From: Trichoplax adhaerens
Lineage: Eukaryota; Animalia; Placozoa
Assembly: GCF_000150275.1 (NCBI RefSeq)
Contig: NW_002060977.1
Span: 253,235 to 317,234, forward strand
DNA length: 64,000 nucleotides
Direction of reading: 5' to 3'
Made by a program: the position numbers and the translations under genes. Shown in pieces: positions 15,001 to 28,750 of this stretch. The notes below the pieces were generated by a model that did not search any database, was not told the DNA's origin, and was given only the letters and a program-made list of their open reading frames with translations. Numbering within the stretch: position 1 is the stretch's first letter; the number at the start of each line of letters is the position of its first letter.

Positions 15001-17766
15001 TAATAGGGAATGCAAATCATCTGCTTACAGTTCGAATCATTGTGATTGCAATTTACTTATGGTAGACTGTAAATTATCATGGAAATGTTCCGTGATAGGA
15101 CATATCGTAATCTGACTATTCTGTATTAGTCATTACATGTCTATGTTCGTAAATACTGTTGTCTGCATTAAGGGAGCAGTAGCTAAAATTAATATCTAAT
15201 TCAGTAAATGATTCTAATGTTAATTGTATTAACTATGACTTATGAACTATTGAGGAGTAGTATATAAATGCAGTATATCGTGAAATAAAGAATTTCTCCA
15301 ACTTAGTGTTTAAAGTAAAATACGAGGCGTTTAAGTCTTTCTGTAGTCTGCTAGTAGAGCAAAAGTGTTTGTGATAGTGCAGATATCGTTCCTTGATACG
15401 TGGTTCAAGGAATTGACTTATTGATCGTATACTGCGTTATCTTGTTGCAAAGCTGTTTTGTGACAATTACACATTATTACTACAAATAGTTATAGCTATT
15501 TTCTATCGATAAATTATAGACCAGATAAAGCAGTTGTATTTGCAGCATACTCATTTACTATGAAAAATTTTCTGTAAAAATCAAGCTAAATTAGGGGTGC
15601 TACAATTTATACACTGCGATAAGGAAACGTGAAGAAAAAGTCTATAAGTAACTAATGACTTAAACGCTCTTTTACTAAACGTTAAATGCACACAGCAAAG
15701 TACTGTAAAAATCGAACTTTCATTAGCATAGATACATCTACAACTTTTCGTACTCACTGCTCAGTCCAAAATGTTTCCGTTTATATAAGGACCTTCTAAC
15801 TTGTAAACAACAACAGTATTATTGTTATATTTTACTGGGAAAGACATCTCGAACCGAGATGGTCTTTACATAGTTATTCTATTAGCAACAATTTTTAATC
15901 TATTACAAATACTTAATCTTGATTTAAGTATGTTTGTTGTCTAGTTCTAATATCATAAGCTAGAACTTGAATCATCTTACTAATATCTACACACAATAAC
16001 AAACAATATCAAATATGCAATAAACTATCACAAATAAAGTGCACTTTAAAGCATTACTTATCTTACCTAGTACTACAAATACGGATATTTTCCATATTAA
16101 CTGCTACTGTACTATTAAACTATCCCAACGATAAGGTAATACCGTAATAAGGGGTTGCACTACAATACTTGCAAGCTATGATAAATATTACTGAAATAAT
16201 AATTAAAAAATTAACCTAGATTACGTATAGCAGTGAATTTTATGCTAATGTCGGTCTTATCGCTTCACACTCTAGATCAATAACTGGCAATCCATTAGTT
16301 AATATACAAAAAGAATCCTTTTATTCTCTTCCTAATCTCAAACAAATGTAAGATTTTAAGTTTTTACATAGCAAATTTTCAAATTTACTGCGGCAACGTA
16401 GGGATTCCAATTTACATATACTAAGTCGGTTTAGCTTACTTAGAGCTAATAAATCGAGAAATTTCATACGACAATTTTAAAGCAATCTCTAAATTAGTAA
16501 GTCGAACAGTTATCAATGGTCTGAAATCTTGATTTAATCCGTTCATAATTTAGATTTTCATCAAGGGAATATTTATGCTGCATAGCTCCTGCAAGTATTA
16601 CTCTTTGCACTCCATATATTGCACAAGATGCTTTTACAACGTGCTCTAATATATTATCACACTTATCGCTCAAGTTGTTTGTTTGGATAATAGGGATTTT
16701 AGCCCTATTCGGTAATTTAACAGTTCTCTACATCAATTTATATAAGATAAAACAAAGAACGGAACCAGTTCCAATGTTACTTATTACAAATTTAGCGGTA
16801 TCTGATTTAATGATGGCTGGTTATATGCTAATTATTGGAAGTGCAGATCTGACGTATCACGATATATACGCTTTTAATGCAGAAGTCTGGTTAAGAAGTT
16901 TTACTTGCGTACTTGCTTGTTTTCTTTGCTGTACTGCAAGTTTAATGTCAGTTCTGATGATGATCACCATTAGTTTTGATCGCTATATTTATATCGCATT
17001 TCCATATTCCGCTAAAAGATTATCACCACAACATGCTAAGGTTATTATTTTGATACAGTGGATGATATGCTTCGTCTTCGTGGGCTTACCGGTTGCGTAC
17101 AGTTACAAAGCTGATGGTGATTTAAGAATTTATGAATATACAAGTATCTGCATGGCTAGTAATTTTAGAAACTTTCATTTTCGTGTATGGATTATTGGAT
17201 ACCTTACTATCACATTAATTTGTTGGCTAACTACATGTCTAATGTACTCCCATATGTTTATAGCGATTCATAATACGTCGAGGGCCGCTACATCTCGAGC
17301 ACACGATGGTGGTAAACGAATTGCTATGAGACTATTTGCTATCGTTATAACGGACTTGATTTCTTGGGTGCCTTATTATGCGTATATGATCCAAGTAATG
17401 ATCGATCCTACCGATAGTGGTAGCGTAGTTTTACAATTTGCGATTATAGTAGCCCTACCGATTAATTCAGCTATCAATCCATACTTGTATACAATGAGTA
17501 GTCCAACATTTCTGCAGTCAGTTAGACATCACGTCAGATCCTGTAGCTGTAAGAGCAAAATGACTGTGGGTCAAGGTAATTCTTCACCGTTAAAAAATGA
17601 CAATGTAATCAATTTGGATAGAAGAAGTACTTCTTGGGTTGATAGTAGGGTCGTTGGTACCGCATCACCATCTGTGGTGCATATAGTGCAAAGTGATTTA
17701 AGTAAGAAATTATATGCTTCGACATCTCAAACTAACACAAGAAGCGAGACAGAAGATGTGATGTAA
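1..17766 (+). CDS. LRR-containing GPCR (LGR, RXFP/GRL101 type-C-like), paralog 1; 5'-partial multi-exon CDS
   Basis: AG/GT-bounded in-frame exons read by eye: <1-40, 274-345, 746-817, 1100-1171, 1284-1355, 2517-2582, 2735-2806, 2943-3023, 4022-4093, 4249-4314, 4619-4690, 5138-5209, 6794-6865, 8741-8812, 8966-9037, 9180-9251, 10601-10675, 10849-10929, 11369-11443, 11555-11674, 12995-13069, 13249-13326, 13485-13556, 13733-13813, 14145-14216, 16276-16347, 16554-17766. Each internal exon encodes one LRR (e.g. DISSNRLHQIEDGSFINAKNLKTL, DLSTNNFKTIDSEALTSLKSLEEL). The last exon encodes hinge + 7TM. Confidence 0.92.
1518..2447 (-). mobile_element. Diverged solo-LTR-like element (family D-related) hosting a family C copy
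   Basis: Right end GCTCCGTAACA is the reverse complement of the family D start TGTTACGGAGC. The minus-strand TATAAAAGGACGAGCG resembles the D TATA region. Left boundary uncertain. Confidence 0.5.
1614..1926 (-). mobile_element. Family C solo-LTR-like element, internally deleted
   Basis: Matches 5836-6278 with about 130 bp missing; flanked by CGGTC/CGGTC. Confidence 0.8.
3160..3533. repeat. Dispersed intronic repeat, family G, copy 1
   Basis: About 370 bp direct repeat with 7255-7632; it generates the paired similar small ORFs in the track. Confidence 0.85.
5289..6301 (-). mobile_element. Old family A solo-LTR-like element with nested family C
   Basis: TGTGATG...GTCACA, diverged match to family A; flanks AATTA/AATTG. 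Confidence 0.75.
5836..6278 (-). mobile_element. Family C solo-LTR-like element
   Basis: TGTCAC...GTGACA termini, perfect 5-bp TSD TCCTA; reverse complement of 34532-34974. Confidence 0.9.
7255..7632. repeat. Dispersed intronic repeat, family G, copy 2
   Basis: Direct repeat of about 3160-3533. Confidence 0.85.
7640..8141 (-). mobile_element. Family B element, diverged and partly deleted
   Basis: Matches 35914-36542 (GATAACG...ACACTGTCACA) with an internal deletion. Confidence 0.8.
11868..12421 (-). mobile_element. Family A solo-LTR-like element
   Basis: TGTGATATA...CATTGCA, TSD GAAAC/GAAAC. Confidence 0.9.
14837..15465 (+). mobile_element. Family B solo-LTR-like element
   Basis: TGTTAC...GTGACA, TSD ATTAC/ATTAC; TATATAAAT near 15261 followed by AATAAA near 15285. 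Confidence 0.9.
15598..16149 (-). mobile_element. Family E solo-LTR-like element
   Basis: Homologous to 53838-54897 and 60212-60760; TSD AGGGG/AGGGG. Confidence 0.85.
16554..17766 (+). CDS. Terminal exon of LGR paralog 1: Cys-rich hinge + rhodopsin-family 7TM + C-tail
   Basis: Acceptor TTTAG at 16553. Reads FSSREYLCCIAPASITLCTPYIAQDAFTTCSNILSH, then GN (TM1), NLAVSD (TM2), FDRY (TM3), TDLISWVPY (TM6), LPINSAINPYLY (TM7). The ORF-track start at 16675 is an internal TTG. Confidence 0.95.
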
Positions 17767-17804
17767 CTGATTACGTAAATGATAGTATATCTATAAGGTG
17801 TATA

Positions 17805-17810
17805 AATAAA
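17805..17810 (+). promoter_or_regulatory. Candidate polyadenylation signal of LGR paralog 1
   Basis: AATAAA about 40 nt after the stop codon; weak evidence in AT-rich DNA. Confidence 0.4.
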
Positions 17811-19904
17811 TTGAGAAATTAATTATATATAAAATACTAAAGATAACGACAAGCTACGAGGTACCCTAAATTTGCTAATCTGATCAAATTACGGTACTGA
17901 ATTTGAATTATTCTAAACTGTCAGTACAACCTTGGTCTGATCGAAAGTATCCTTTTAATTAATGCAAATTTAAAAATTCGCAGACTGCCAGACTATATTT
18001 GGTTTAGTTTATGAATATTGCACGCAACTTTGCATCAATAAGGAAAAGTTATATGTCGTTTGTGGTAGGCACGAAGAAACATACGTAGTAATAGTACCTT
18101 CTATTCAGCCTATGTGCCAGGCGTTCCGTAGTGAAAGATGTAACTGATAGTTGTATAAGGTGTTGTGTTCAAGTAAAGCTGTTAATGTAATCTGCAATAT
18201 TAAATAGTTATTTATTTACGAATTTAAATCTTTAATATTATGAAGTAGTGTTATGTTTTACATGAATGCAGTAACATGCCTCATATTTTATTATGGCGTT
18301 GATGGCTAAATTTGATGTAGTTTGGTTAATAAAAAGAGATCTTATCGCATCACTAATATTAGAAAAATATTTATAATTAATATTATTCACTGTTGATTAT
18401 CAATAGCAGCTAATTATCTAAGAACGGTACCCAATTAGGCAAATTGATACATTATAATGCAGGATTCCGAATATGTCACTATCTTCGATATTAGCAGCAG
18501 GGTAATCATATGGTCAACGGACAGATTCATAGAATCTATTGTTTTATTTTCTATTATATGATGCTAGCCTGCTTGTAGGAGACTTCGTTGACGTAAATTG
18601 AACGAGCTTAATGTATTTAACAACCACCAGTAGAATCTGGTAATTTACTTCCAGCTCAGGATGTCCAATATTAGATTTTCGACACTTGTTAATTATTGCT
18701 CAGTTATTCTTAATTTCTGCAATAATAGTACGTATTTTTAAATTCTATCTTCACCAAGACTATTAATTTATGAAAATTAGTTCCCAGATTGGATGTAATA
18801 GCTTAGATAAATTTTTTGCAGTCTAATAACTCTTAAACAAGGTTTTCGTAAAGAAGTGATTTATATGAATATCTATATTATATAATAAGTTTGTGTTCGT
18901 ACAATTTATATAAGTTTGTATCAAAGTGTTGCCCTAGAAAATCTAGAGATAAGTCCATCATTCGGCTTACCATAGTCTTTTTATACATTTGTAAAGGGGA
19001 AAATAGAAGAACAAACCTCTGATGGTCGGATGTATATTTAAACATTACTTTTAAAGCTACTTTTCAGTTTTGCTCACAATTTTACCGCCTTAGATATCTA
19101 GCCTATGTTATCAAGTCAGATTTTGAATTGGATAATACTAAATTTTAGTAAAACTACTCTCACGCAGCATGGCCGTAATTTCATTAAATATTCATACAGT
19201 TTGCTTTAGGTATTAGTGATTTCGTAAATAACTATAATAATCTGTAATGAGTAATCCTACTGCAATCATTTTAGAAAATGGATAGAGGGCCTTATAGATT
19301 TGTAAATTTATTAATCCTTTTACAATGCCACATTTATTTATACTGATGCGTTTCCATTAGTTTATAAAAATTCGAATTTCGAAGATTTCCAGTAACTCCG
19401 ATGAATTAATGCATATTAAGGTGTAATACTGTCTTAGACTACTGTAGGGCAAGCTCACAGAAAGAATAGATTAATAGCTTTATTTGAATGTATTAAATAG
19501 CCTCACGTAAGTTACGATAAGTCAATTTTGCAATAATATGACTACAAAAATTAGGTAATAAACAAATCATGGAAGAAGAAATGAAATGATCGAGCTGTAA
19601 ATAAGACTTTGATATAAATTGTAATATATGTAGGTTTACACTAGGTAAGAAGACTAAAGTAAGAGTTTATCGAGAAGAAAGTCAGAATTGCATTGAAAGG
19701 TTTATAGTAAAAGCAATGGATTATGACCGATTCTGATGTGAAATTCAATTCCTATTTTAAATATAATAAATAGATAACGAATAGTATAAAAAAATACCAA
19801 TCATTTACTAGGAGTCTCTCGTATTTAGAAACAAGATTACGAAAGTACCAGTATACAAGGTTAGAATTTTATTATTGACACAATTTAGCAATATTCTTCT
19901 GTAT

Positions 19905-21057
19905 TGTAATGTAACTTAGTATTGTGATTGTAGACTGTTAGCCATGTTTAGTATAATGTACGGTAGCGTAACTTCTATATTTATCTTAAGAGATATTTGG
20001 TAGCCATAACTATAGACTGTAGCGGTATGGACTCTATACTAGAGTACAGATGACTATATACAGTAAGGTGTTGAGTTATCAATAAGGTTATAGGTAAAAA
20101 TAGAACCGTATGTCATCTATTAGGATTTGGTTAATTCACTATACTTTGGCTGATGTGAATAATGTCTACTTAAGCACTGTAGTCGTATCCGTATCGGGTT
20201 AATGATGGTCCGCAGTAGCATAGTTTTATTAATAAAATTGATTTAACCATGTGTAAAATAAGGTAAAAGGTTGCCATGTGGATTGTAGCTGCGAATGCTA
20301 CGAAAGTATAAAAGCATGCCTTTTAGATTATTCTATTAATTCGTTCTAAAAGTCTTTAGTAGTAGTATTCGGCTAGAATAGAGCTATGTTACGGAGCCAT
20401 GCTCCGAAATATTAATTGCTAAGTTAATTAAAATATCTCATTTAAATTATTGTTTGCTCCAGTAGCTTATTAGATATTAATGTTTATTCATAAGTACTTG
20501 TTCAATATTGTTGACATGTCGGAGCTAACACGCTTAGTCTGTAAACGTTAATTAATAACACCTTAAGTGTAAGATCAATTACTTTGCAGAGCCTTGAGGC
20601 TCTAGTTGCTATACTAGGATATGTATACTGTACAGTGTAAGCCGCTATTTCAAGAATATTCACAAGTGTACCATCGGCGAGACTATAAAAAGCGGAGCGC
20701 TAGCTTAGCTTCTCAGTTCTAGTTAGTCATTTGCAGGATCTTGTGACTATTATTGCTAAGAATATTCTTACGTTTTTCTTTAGTACATTTTACGACTATG
20801 GCTAACGAAAATAAAGTAAAGTATTTAAACCTATTACTCAATAGTAGTTTTTTTGTGTAGCTGAGAGTTAGTTCAACTACGATAGGTCCCTAAGTTAGTT
20901 GGGAACACAAGTACTAGTGAAGATAGTGTTTAAGACCCGGTTTCTTGTTACAAAGAAGAAGATTTGTAACAAGCTGTGTGTAGTTAATCTTTGTATAAGA
21001 ATCAATAAAGCCCTTATTTTTCTAAAATTTGGAATTTCGTGATCGGTATACATCACA
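19905..21057 (+). mobile_element. Family A element with nested family D
   Basis: TGTAATG...CATCACA; flanks TGTAT/TGCAT; interrupted at 20387-20971. Confidence 0.88.
20387..20971 (+). mobile_element. Family D solo-LTR-like element
   Basis: TGTTAC...GTAACA perfect 6-bp inverted termini, flanks AGCTA/AGCTG, TATAAAAA near 20684, AATAAA near 20809. Confidence 0.85.
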
Positions 21058-22475
21058 TGCATAAATCGCGAACAATATAGCTTTATATTAATTTAAAATT
21101 ATGTAAATAAAGCAGGTTAGAATATATCGTCAAATCAGAAGGTAACAATGCATGTAAGTGCCATAAATAGAACTTCCCTTAACACTATTGTATTTTATAG
21201 ATTTCTTAATTTACGTTTACTTAAATCTTCTAATAAATAGCAGTGCGAGGGATTTACTGCAATTTATAAATCACTTAGCAAAATCGGTACTTTAACTAGA
21301 TTAGTATTTGCTATTATTAGACTATTGGCAGATGCATATAAATGCTCATATTATTAAAATACTACCGCATTTATTCAAGAATCCGTCATTTTACAAAATC
21401 ACTAGGCATTTTGTAAAATAACCAGATTAATTATTACTAGCCTAACACACTGCTCGTAATAGGTACTTCACATACGAGTTAACTGGGTATAGTAAAGTGT
21501 TCAAGTATATTCAATAATGCCGTACTTTATTTATGTTATAATCCTCACCAGTACTGAACATTGTTGTATGTAGCAAGAAAGAAGACGATTAAATCTTAAT
21601 TCGAAATGATTGAATTAGATATGAATCCAACTTAAATTAAGATTAAATAAACTTTAAAAAGAAAATTTTAACATACATCACTTATAAAAACTGTCACGTA
21701 ATCTAATTTTTAGTCGCGCATATTTTGCATGAAACATTTATTTGTTAGGAAATAATTCTTAATAAAAGATTAAATGTTCGAATTCAAATTTCAATATAAA
21801 ATATCTGGTGCTTTTTATAAAGTTAATTGTTAAGTGAAAGTAATTGTTGTCGAGATTCAATGATAATAATTTATTTCTCATGTAAGACTAAGTACCTTTT
21901 TCTGTAATATCGTATTTATTATTTAATCAGCACCTGCCATTAGATATTTTAAGGCCATTGTAAATACTTTGAAAAATTTAATGTACTTCCTATTTTGAAC
22001 AATCTAACATGAAAAAAAATTAAAATTTTCGGTCGTTACTCAGATATATGGCAGCTGTGACAGTTTGAAAACGTAATGATAATGGAACTGTTGGGAATCA
22101 ATAGCAACTTTTTTAAATTGTGATAATAAATGATATTTCCTTTTTATATCGCTATATAATAAAAATATTGTGTTTATATTTCTAATAGAAATTTGCTATT
22201 GATCGAATATTGATGTTATTACGGCTTAGAGCCACTATCACTAGGTTGCTTTAGATATTGTTATTTGAATATTTCTCAAAGGTTCTGAAATTAAATTTTT
22301 TTTTAATTTTTTGGATTAAGTTTAGATAGGAAACTTTTTAATGCAATATCATTAGCTATGATAAAAAATTACGTGATGTTACAAAAATTGTAACTGTGAT
22401 TAATCTCTGTCTTTCAAATAAAAACTCCTTCCTATAGTGCAAAAGATTTCATAACCCTTATTTTTTCATTTGCTG

Positions 22476-23659
22476 TGTCACAAAAGAGTTTTGGAACAAG
22501 ATAACGTAACGTTCGATCAATAAGTCAATTCCTTGAACCACCTATCAAGGAACGATATCTCCACTATCAGAAACAGTTTTGCTCTACTAGCAGACTAAAA
22601 AAGACTTAGACGCCTGGTATTTTGCGTTGAATACTAAGTTTAAGAATCCACTTTATTACGCGATATACTGCATTTATATACTCTTCCTCAATAGCTCATA
22701 AGTCATAGTTAGTAAGCTTAACTTTGGATTCATTAACTGAATTAGACATTAATTTTAGCTACTGCTCCCTAATGTAGATAACAATATATATGAACGTAAA
22801 CATCTGATGACTAATACAGAATATTCAGATTACGATATGTCCTATCACGAGACATTTCCACGATAATTGCAATCTTCTATAAGTAAATTAAAATCACAAT
22901 GATTCGAGCTGTAAGTAGATGATTGACATTCCCTATTATAACTATTAATTTCAGTATAGGTATATATGAGTGATATATACCAATCACGAAATTCCAAATT
23001 TTAGAAAAATAAGGGCTTTATTGAATCTTATACAAAGATTAACTACACACAGCTTTACTCTAGCCGAATACTACTACTAAAGACTTCTATAACGAACTAA
23101 CTGAATAATCTAAAGTTGTATGCTTTTATACTTTCCGTAGCATTCGCAGCTACAATCTGCATAGCAACCTTTTACCTTATTTTACACACAGTTAACTTAT
23201 TCTTAGTAAGACTATTCTACTGCGGACCATCATTAATCCAATTTGGATATGACTACTGTACTTATGTAGACATCATTCACACCAGCCAAAGTACAATGAA
23301 TTAAGCATATCCTAATATATGATTTACAGTTCTATTTTTACCTATAACCTTATTAGTAACTCAACAGCTTACTGTAGATAGTCATCTGTACTCTAGCATA
23401 GAGTCTATATCACTACAGTCTACAGTTATAGCTACCAGATATCTCTTAGGATAAATATCTACCGTACATTATACTAAACATGGCTAACAGTCTACAATCA
23501 CAATACTAAGTTACATTACAATATGTCACTGTCGTAAAAGGTCAGTGCTATATTAGAACACATTATATCCAAATCAGAAGTTAAGTAAATAAGGATAGGC
23601 TAAAAAATTTATCCTAACATATATATTTCTACTCTAATACAATATGTATCACTGTCACA
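22476..23659 (-). mobile_element. Family B element with nested family A
   Basis: TGTCACAAAA...ACTGTCACA matches the other B copies; split by A at 22969-23520. Confidence 0.88.
22969..23520 (-). mobile_element. Family A solo-LTR-like element nested in B
   Basis: High identity to 44523-45072; TSD ATATG/ATATG. Confidence 0.9.
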
Positions 23660-25444
23660 ACAGGCAAAATAATATCACTGTAAAAATACAGAATACAGTA
23701 ATACTGTCATGCTGATGTTATTTATAGACATTTCTGGTGGAATAACTTAATTTAGCATTAATTATCAAAATTTAGATATGGTTCTGTATATAAAGTATTT
23801 GTCATAAAATACTGATTTGCGCTTGAATATGCCTACCAAACAGGCGGTATTTAAGGCTGGGTACCCTAAGTTTGAAGAAGCGAGCGAGTTCGAATGATCG
23901 CATATTTTTAATTATAATTTACTTATATTTGATGTTGTTATTCCTTCGTAAAATATCGCTTTTGATATAGTTATACATTCAGAAAGTCATTGATAAATTC
24001 TAACTTTTTCTAAAAATAATTAGATATACTAATAAATCTACAAATCTAGTCATTTTTAATTAATATATCTCTATAAAAAATTCGAACTAAGTCACGATAC
24101 CAGATTGCTATCAATATGGTTCGATAAATAATACCGGCAATTCGTATGCTCTATAGATAAGGTAATACTAAAATTTTATCCAGTAAGAATAAAGATGCTT
24201 GTAATTAATTAAAGCATGTTTCTCCGGATGATAAATGTCGAAAGCAAAATAATCAATTATAGACTATCAGTATATGATGATTTTTATAATTACGGAACAT
24301 TATCACACGATACTCTATTCATTATTGCAACATTGAAATATAAATTGTAATATAATTAAAATTAGCTACTTTATTGGACAATCATACATTTGTATAGTAA
24401 TTGTATCCTCAAGATTTTAGAAGATTGTCTTTCGTGCTTCTTGAAATTTCACTGCTTATTTAATCTTTATGAAAAAATTTACCTTAAAGATAAACGTCAA
24501 CATACGTATATTCCTGCGTCATTAATTCAATTATTTTCGAACTTCATTATTAGACATTCGTGATGAACAATTGCAATAGAAAGCTAAACATATCTGATGA
24601 ATTATAATTATTTGTACTTTTGTACTCCGACTCTGTTAAAAAGTAAATTTCATTACTAGCAGTGTTGGTTTTGGAAATGAAATATCAGGTTTCTGGATCT
24701 CTTCCTCACTATTGTTCATTTACCATCGACAATAGTGGCACGAAATAAATAGACCAACAAATAATGAATTTCTTGTATGAAACTAATTTGCCTTCATCAG
24801 TATACTATCATCAGATACATAATTGTTGTTGTTAAATCTTAGGAGTTTGCTAACTTACCATAGATCCTGTTAAATGTGCATATCTGATTTAATAAAGTAC
24901 CAAGTAAATAATGTTCGTATAGGCTAAGAAAAGAATTGCGTTAGCTGTTTATTAGACTCTATTGTACTTACAGTATAAAACAATGCAACACTAATTTTAT
25001 TCTAAGAAGTTCAGTCTTCGTATTTTGATCAGGGTTAAAATTTTATAATCAATGACATAAAAAGTTATTTCTTAATGGCATACTTTAGTTTTTATTTCTT
25101 ATGCGCCTGAAAGGGCATGTTTACGTTTAAATAATTTGCAACTAAAAGTATAATTCAGTCTACCGTATAAGTTTCTTTGTTTTATTGTGATAAAATTATT
25201 TGTGGTGATTACAGTGAAAGCCATTCTATAAACCAATTAAGCGGAACATCAATCACCGCAGATTCAGAGTTTGGTGTAAATATATTAACTATAATAATGC
25301 AGATATTGAACATTAAGGATTTCATTTTGATCTTGCTTCAAGCGCGGTAGGCATTCAAGAATTATTATCATAGGAAGGGTAAGATTTTCTTAACTGACGA
25401 TGCTAAAGTTCCATTTCCAGAAATTTCTAATTAATCTGGGGAAC

Positions 25445-25470
25445 TATATATATATATATATATATATATA
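25445..25470. repeat. (TA)n microsatellite
   Basis: About 12 TA units; a shorter tract lies at about 26424-26442. Confidence 0.9.
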
Positions 25471-25955
25471 CATAATGGCTCTTGAACGTACAGATATCAT
25501 CAATTAGTATCTTTATTTCTTACACATTCCAATTTAAGGTTAATAGCAAATAATTTTACTTAATAGATTGGTCATTGTTTTATAATCTACTGTGCAATAT
25601 CGTGTACTAGCCATTGGTGTATAAATTATTGATCTTCCAGTTCAGGTTATTGCGAAGCAATCTGTAACAGATTCTGTTTGAGTTTTAGCTTAAATATTAT
25701 TTTCCTCTTGCAACAGTTCCATTTAGTGAATATTTGAAATAAATGCCATATTGTAATTCGTATCTAAAATAATGATTTAATTTAAATTTGAATTGAATTA
25801 AAGTAATACTCTCTACGTTGTATATCCACAAATTTAATAGAGAAAAGGAATTATAGAAACTTTCAAACATTATTAATATATCCGAAGAAAATAGTCAAGA
25901 TTACCGAGTTATAACAATCTTTATCTCATTCTCAAGATTTTTACAACTGTCGACT

Positions 25956-26016
25956 ATGCGCTCGATTTGCTTTGTAACTGGCGTCTTGACTTTCGCAATT
26001 ACAATTAGAATAGCAG
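25956..26016 (+). CDS. Candidate signal-peptide first exon of LGR paralog 2
   Basis: ATG...MRSICFVTGVLTFAITIRIA then CAG|GTAAAT, a phase-1 donor compatible with the phase-1 exon at 28751. Alternatives exist. Confidence 0.4.
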
Positions 26017-27477
26017 GTAAATATGATTCAAAATTAGCGTTCTCGTCAAACGCTAAATTTGATATTACTTAAGCTTTTATACACCATGTGTTCCCATATT
26101 TATAAATGAACTTCCTCTTCAAATAAAAATTCGTTATTAAAGGGTAACATGTCAAGTCAAAATTTATATTACAAATACAACACGGAGTTTTAAGTGATGT
26201 AAGCTTCGTTTTACATCTTACCGAAAAATTATATGCTACGGAAGTTTTATTTCCCAAAATTAGGATGTTCCGTCTATTATAATAGCGTACTGACTGCTTA
26301 TAACAATAGCTTTAATTAAAGATACACAAAAGTTTTCTCTAGAAGTAAAAGCCGGACCTTTTTAATCATAAAAGCTAGCCCAATTTACATATCTTCTAGT
26401 CTAGTTCGCAAGCAGCTATAAGTGTATATATATATATATATACATGAAACTTAACATTATTCGATAAATTAACAGTCATAAACTCTTAACCTTAAATTAG
26501 ACTAGTTTTGAGTTACTCTTTATACATGATCGAGCACGAGCATAATCAGAATTTAATAATAATAAGATTACAATCTAATTTTTTAATTCTCTTTTAAATC
26601 AGATATTTAACTAATTTACTTGCTCTTGCACGAATTGGATAGTCATTCAATTCTAAATTTTAATGATGATCTAATTTACAGTAAATATCGTATTTGTACT
26701 CACACTTAAGAATTTAAGTTTTAGATTAATAGTTTGCGATTAAATTCGAATTTTAATTAGGGTTAGGGTCAGGATTTTCTAGGTTTTAATTTGCTAAATT
26801 ACTCATTTTGATTTTTATTGGTTAATCAAAACGGAAATTAAATTATGAAATTGAGATACACGATTTATCGACTCAAGTTAGTAGAATACATCAAGTTCGT
26901 AATTCTGTAAGAACATAATTCTTCTAGGGTATTAAACTGATTTAACTCACTTATATTGTAATGAAATAAGTGATGAATGCGCCTGTGCTATAATTTTAGT
27001 AAAGAAAACTTAGAATATTGACAGTTTTTCATTCGTAGGAAATAATCTTGTTTTAAATCGATTACAGTTTAGTTGTTTAAATGGAGAAGACGTATTTTAT
27101 GTGAAATTATAAATTTAAATTTCATGACATCTTAATGAGTACAAGCTAGAAAATATGCAATTGATACTAGTGATCGTGACTGTATGTATCTATAGCAACT
27201 AGAAATTTACTGCAATAATCCTATTGAAAAACTACAAGTACAATGATAGTCTATCGGTTATATAAGCATACATTTATTTTCATAGATATATATTTATTCT
27301 TTATTATTTTAGAAAACTCGAAAGTCTTACTTTATTCGTATAATGCGTGAACAAGGACAGTAGATTATGATATGTTCCTGAAGCATTGGTCGCAGAAAAT
27401 CTGTTTATGACCTAAATTAGACAATAAATGAATGTTTTAACGACTAAATCTTTCGCATTTAAAAACTATTATGACCT

Positions 27478-28081
27478 TGTCGCAAAACAGCTTTACAACA
27501 AGATAACTTAATATACGATCAATAAACCAATTCCTTGAGCCACGTATCAAGGAACGATATCTACACTATCACAAACACTTTTGCTCTACTAGCAGACTAC
27601 ACAAAGACTTAAACGCCTCGTATTTTACGTTAAACACTAAGTTTAAAAATCCACTTCATTACACGATATACTGCATTTACATACTCTTACTCAATAGTTC
27701 ATGAATCATAGTTAGTACGATTAACTTTGGAATCATGTACTGAATTAGATATTAATTTTAGCAACTGCTCCCTTAATGCTAACAACAGTATTTACGAACA
27801 TAGACATCTGATGACTAATACAGAATAGTCAGATTACGATATGTTCTATTACGGAACATTTCCACGATAATTTGCAATCTACCATAAGTAAGTTACAATC
27901 ACAATGATTCGAACTGTAAGTAGATGATTTGCATTCCCTATTATAACTATTAATTTCAGTATGTCAGAGCTACATTAAAACACAGTATATCCAAATTAGA
28001 AGTTAACTAAATAAGGATAGGCTAACAGAATCATCTTAACATAGATATTTCTAATCTAATACAGTATATAACACTATCATA
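27478..28081 (-). mobile_element. Family B solo-LTR-like element
   Basis: High similarity to 35914-36542 with a short deletion near 27962; TSD not clear. Confidence 0.88.
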
Positions 28082-28750
28082 TCCATATGAAGTAAATCTT
28101 TGTATTTCAGCTTATTCTTATCGCGTAGGCATAGTTTTGTTTGACAATCGCGGTGAATAATTTTTCTTGACCATTATAGAAAGTTTTACCCTTTAAATAT
28201 TTACTACGGCTAATTCTCCACAGGAGCTTCGGATCTGCCTAGTTTATTTATATTTCACGTCTTCTAACGATCGGTTAAGCATGTAATCAGTTTTAATTTT
28301 AAATAAACATTGTACATATTTATTGAAAGGGTATGGTTATTACCATTGCTATTTTCCAAATGTTTCTTTGTATTTTTTACGCAATGTTGGTATAATACTA
28401 GCTTTATTATGATATTTTTCATTTAGCATAATATATTCGAACTAGTAAATCTAAATTCTCGTACAGCAGGAATGGAAAAACGATGGCATAACATACATAA
28501 TTCAATATAATAACAGTTTAAGGACGCTAGCATAATTTGATTTAAAATCATATATCCGTAATAATGTCGCACAGAAATACAAAACTACACTGCACTTTTG
28601 TTACTGTTACCATGTGTGACAAATGGTATTAAAGCTATATTGTCAAAACAATATGCGTTAATTTCTGCCTAGGTATAAAACCAGAAGAAATACTTTTATT
28701 TAATTTTTTTGTCTTAATTAATCATGGTTTGTATTATTTTAATATAACAG

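Noticed and set aside
18480-24890. Possible minus-strand mini-exons in the intergenic region (donor-like CTTAC near 18966 and 24854)
   Set aside because: Could not be joined into a coherent reading frame or recognisable protein; needs RNA-seq.
26757-26773. TTAGGGTTAGGGTCAGG telomere-like motif
   Set aside because: Only two perfect units; compatible with chance.
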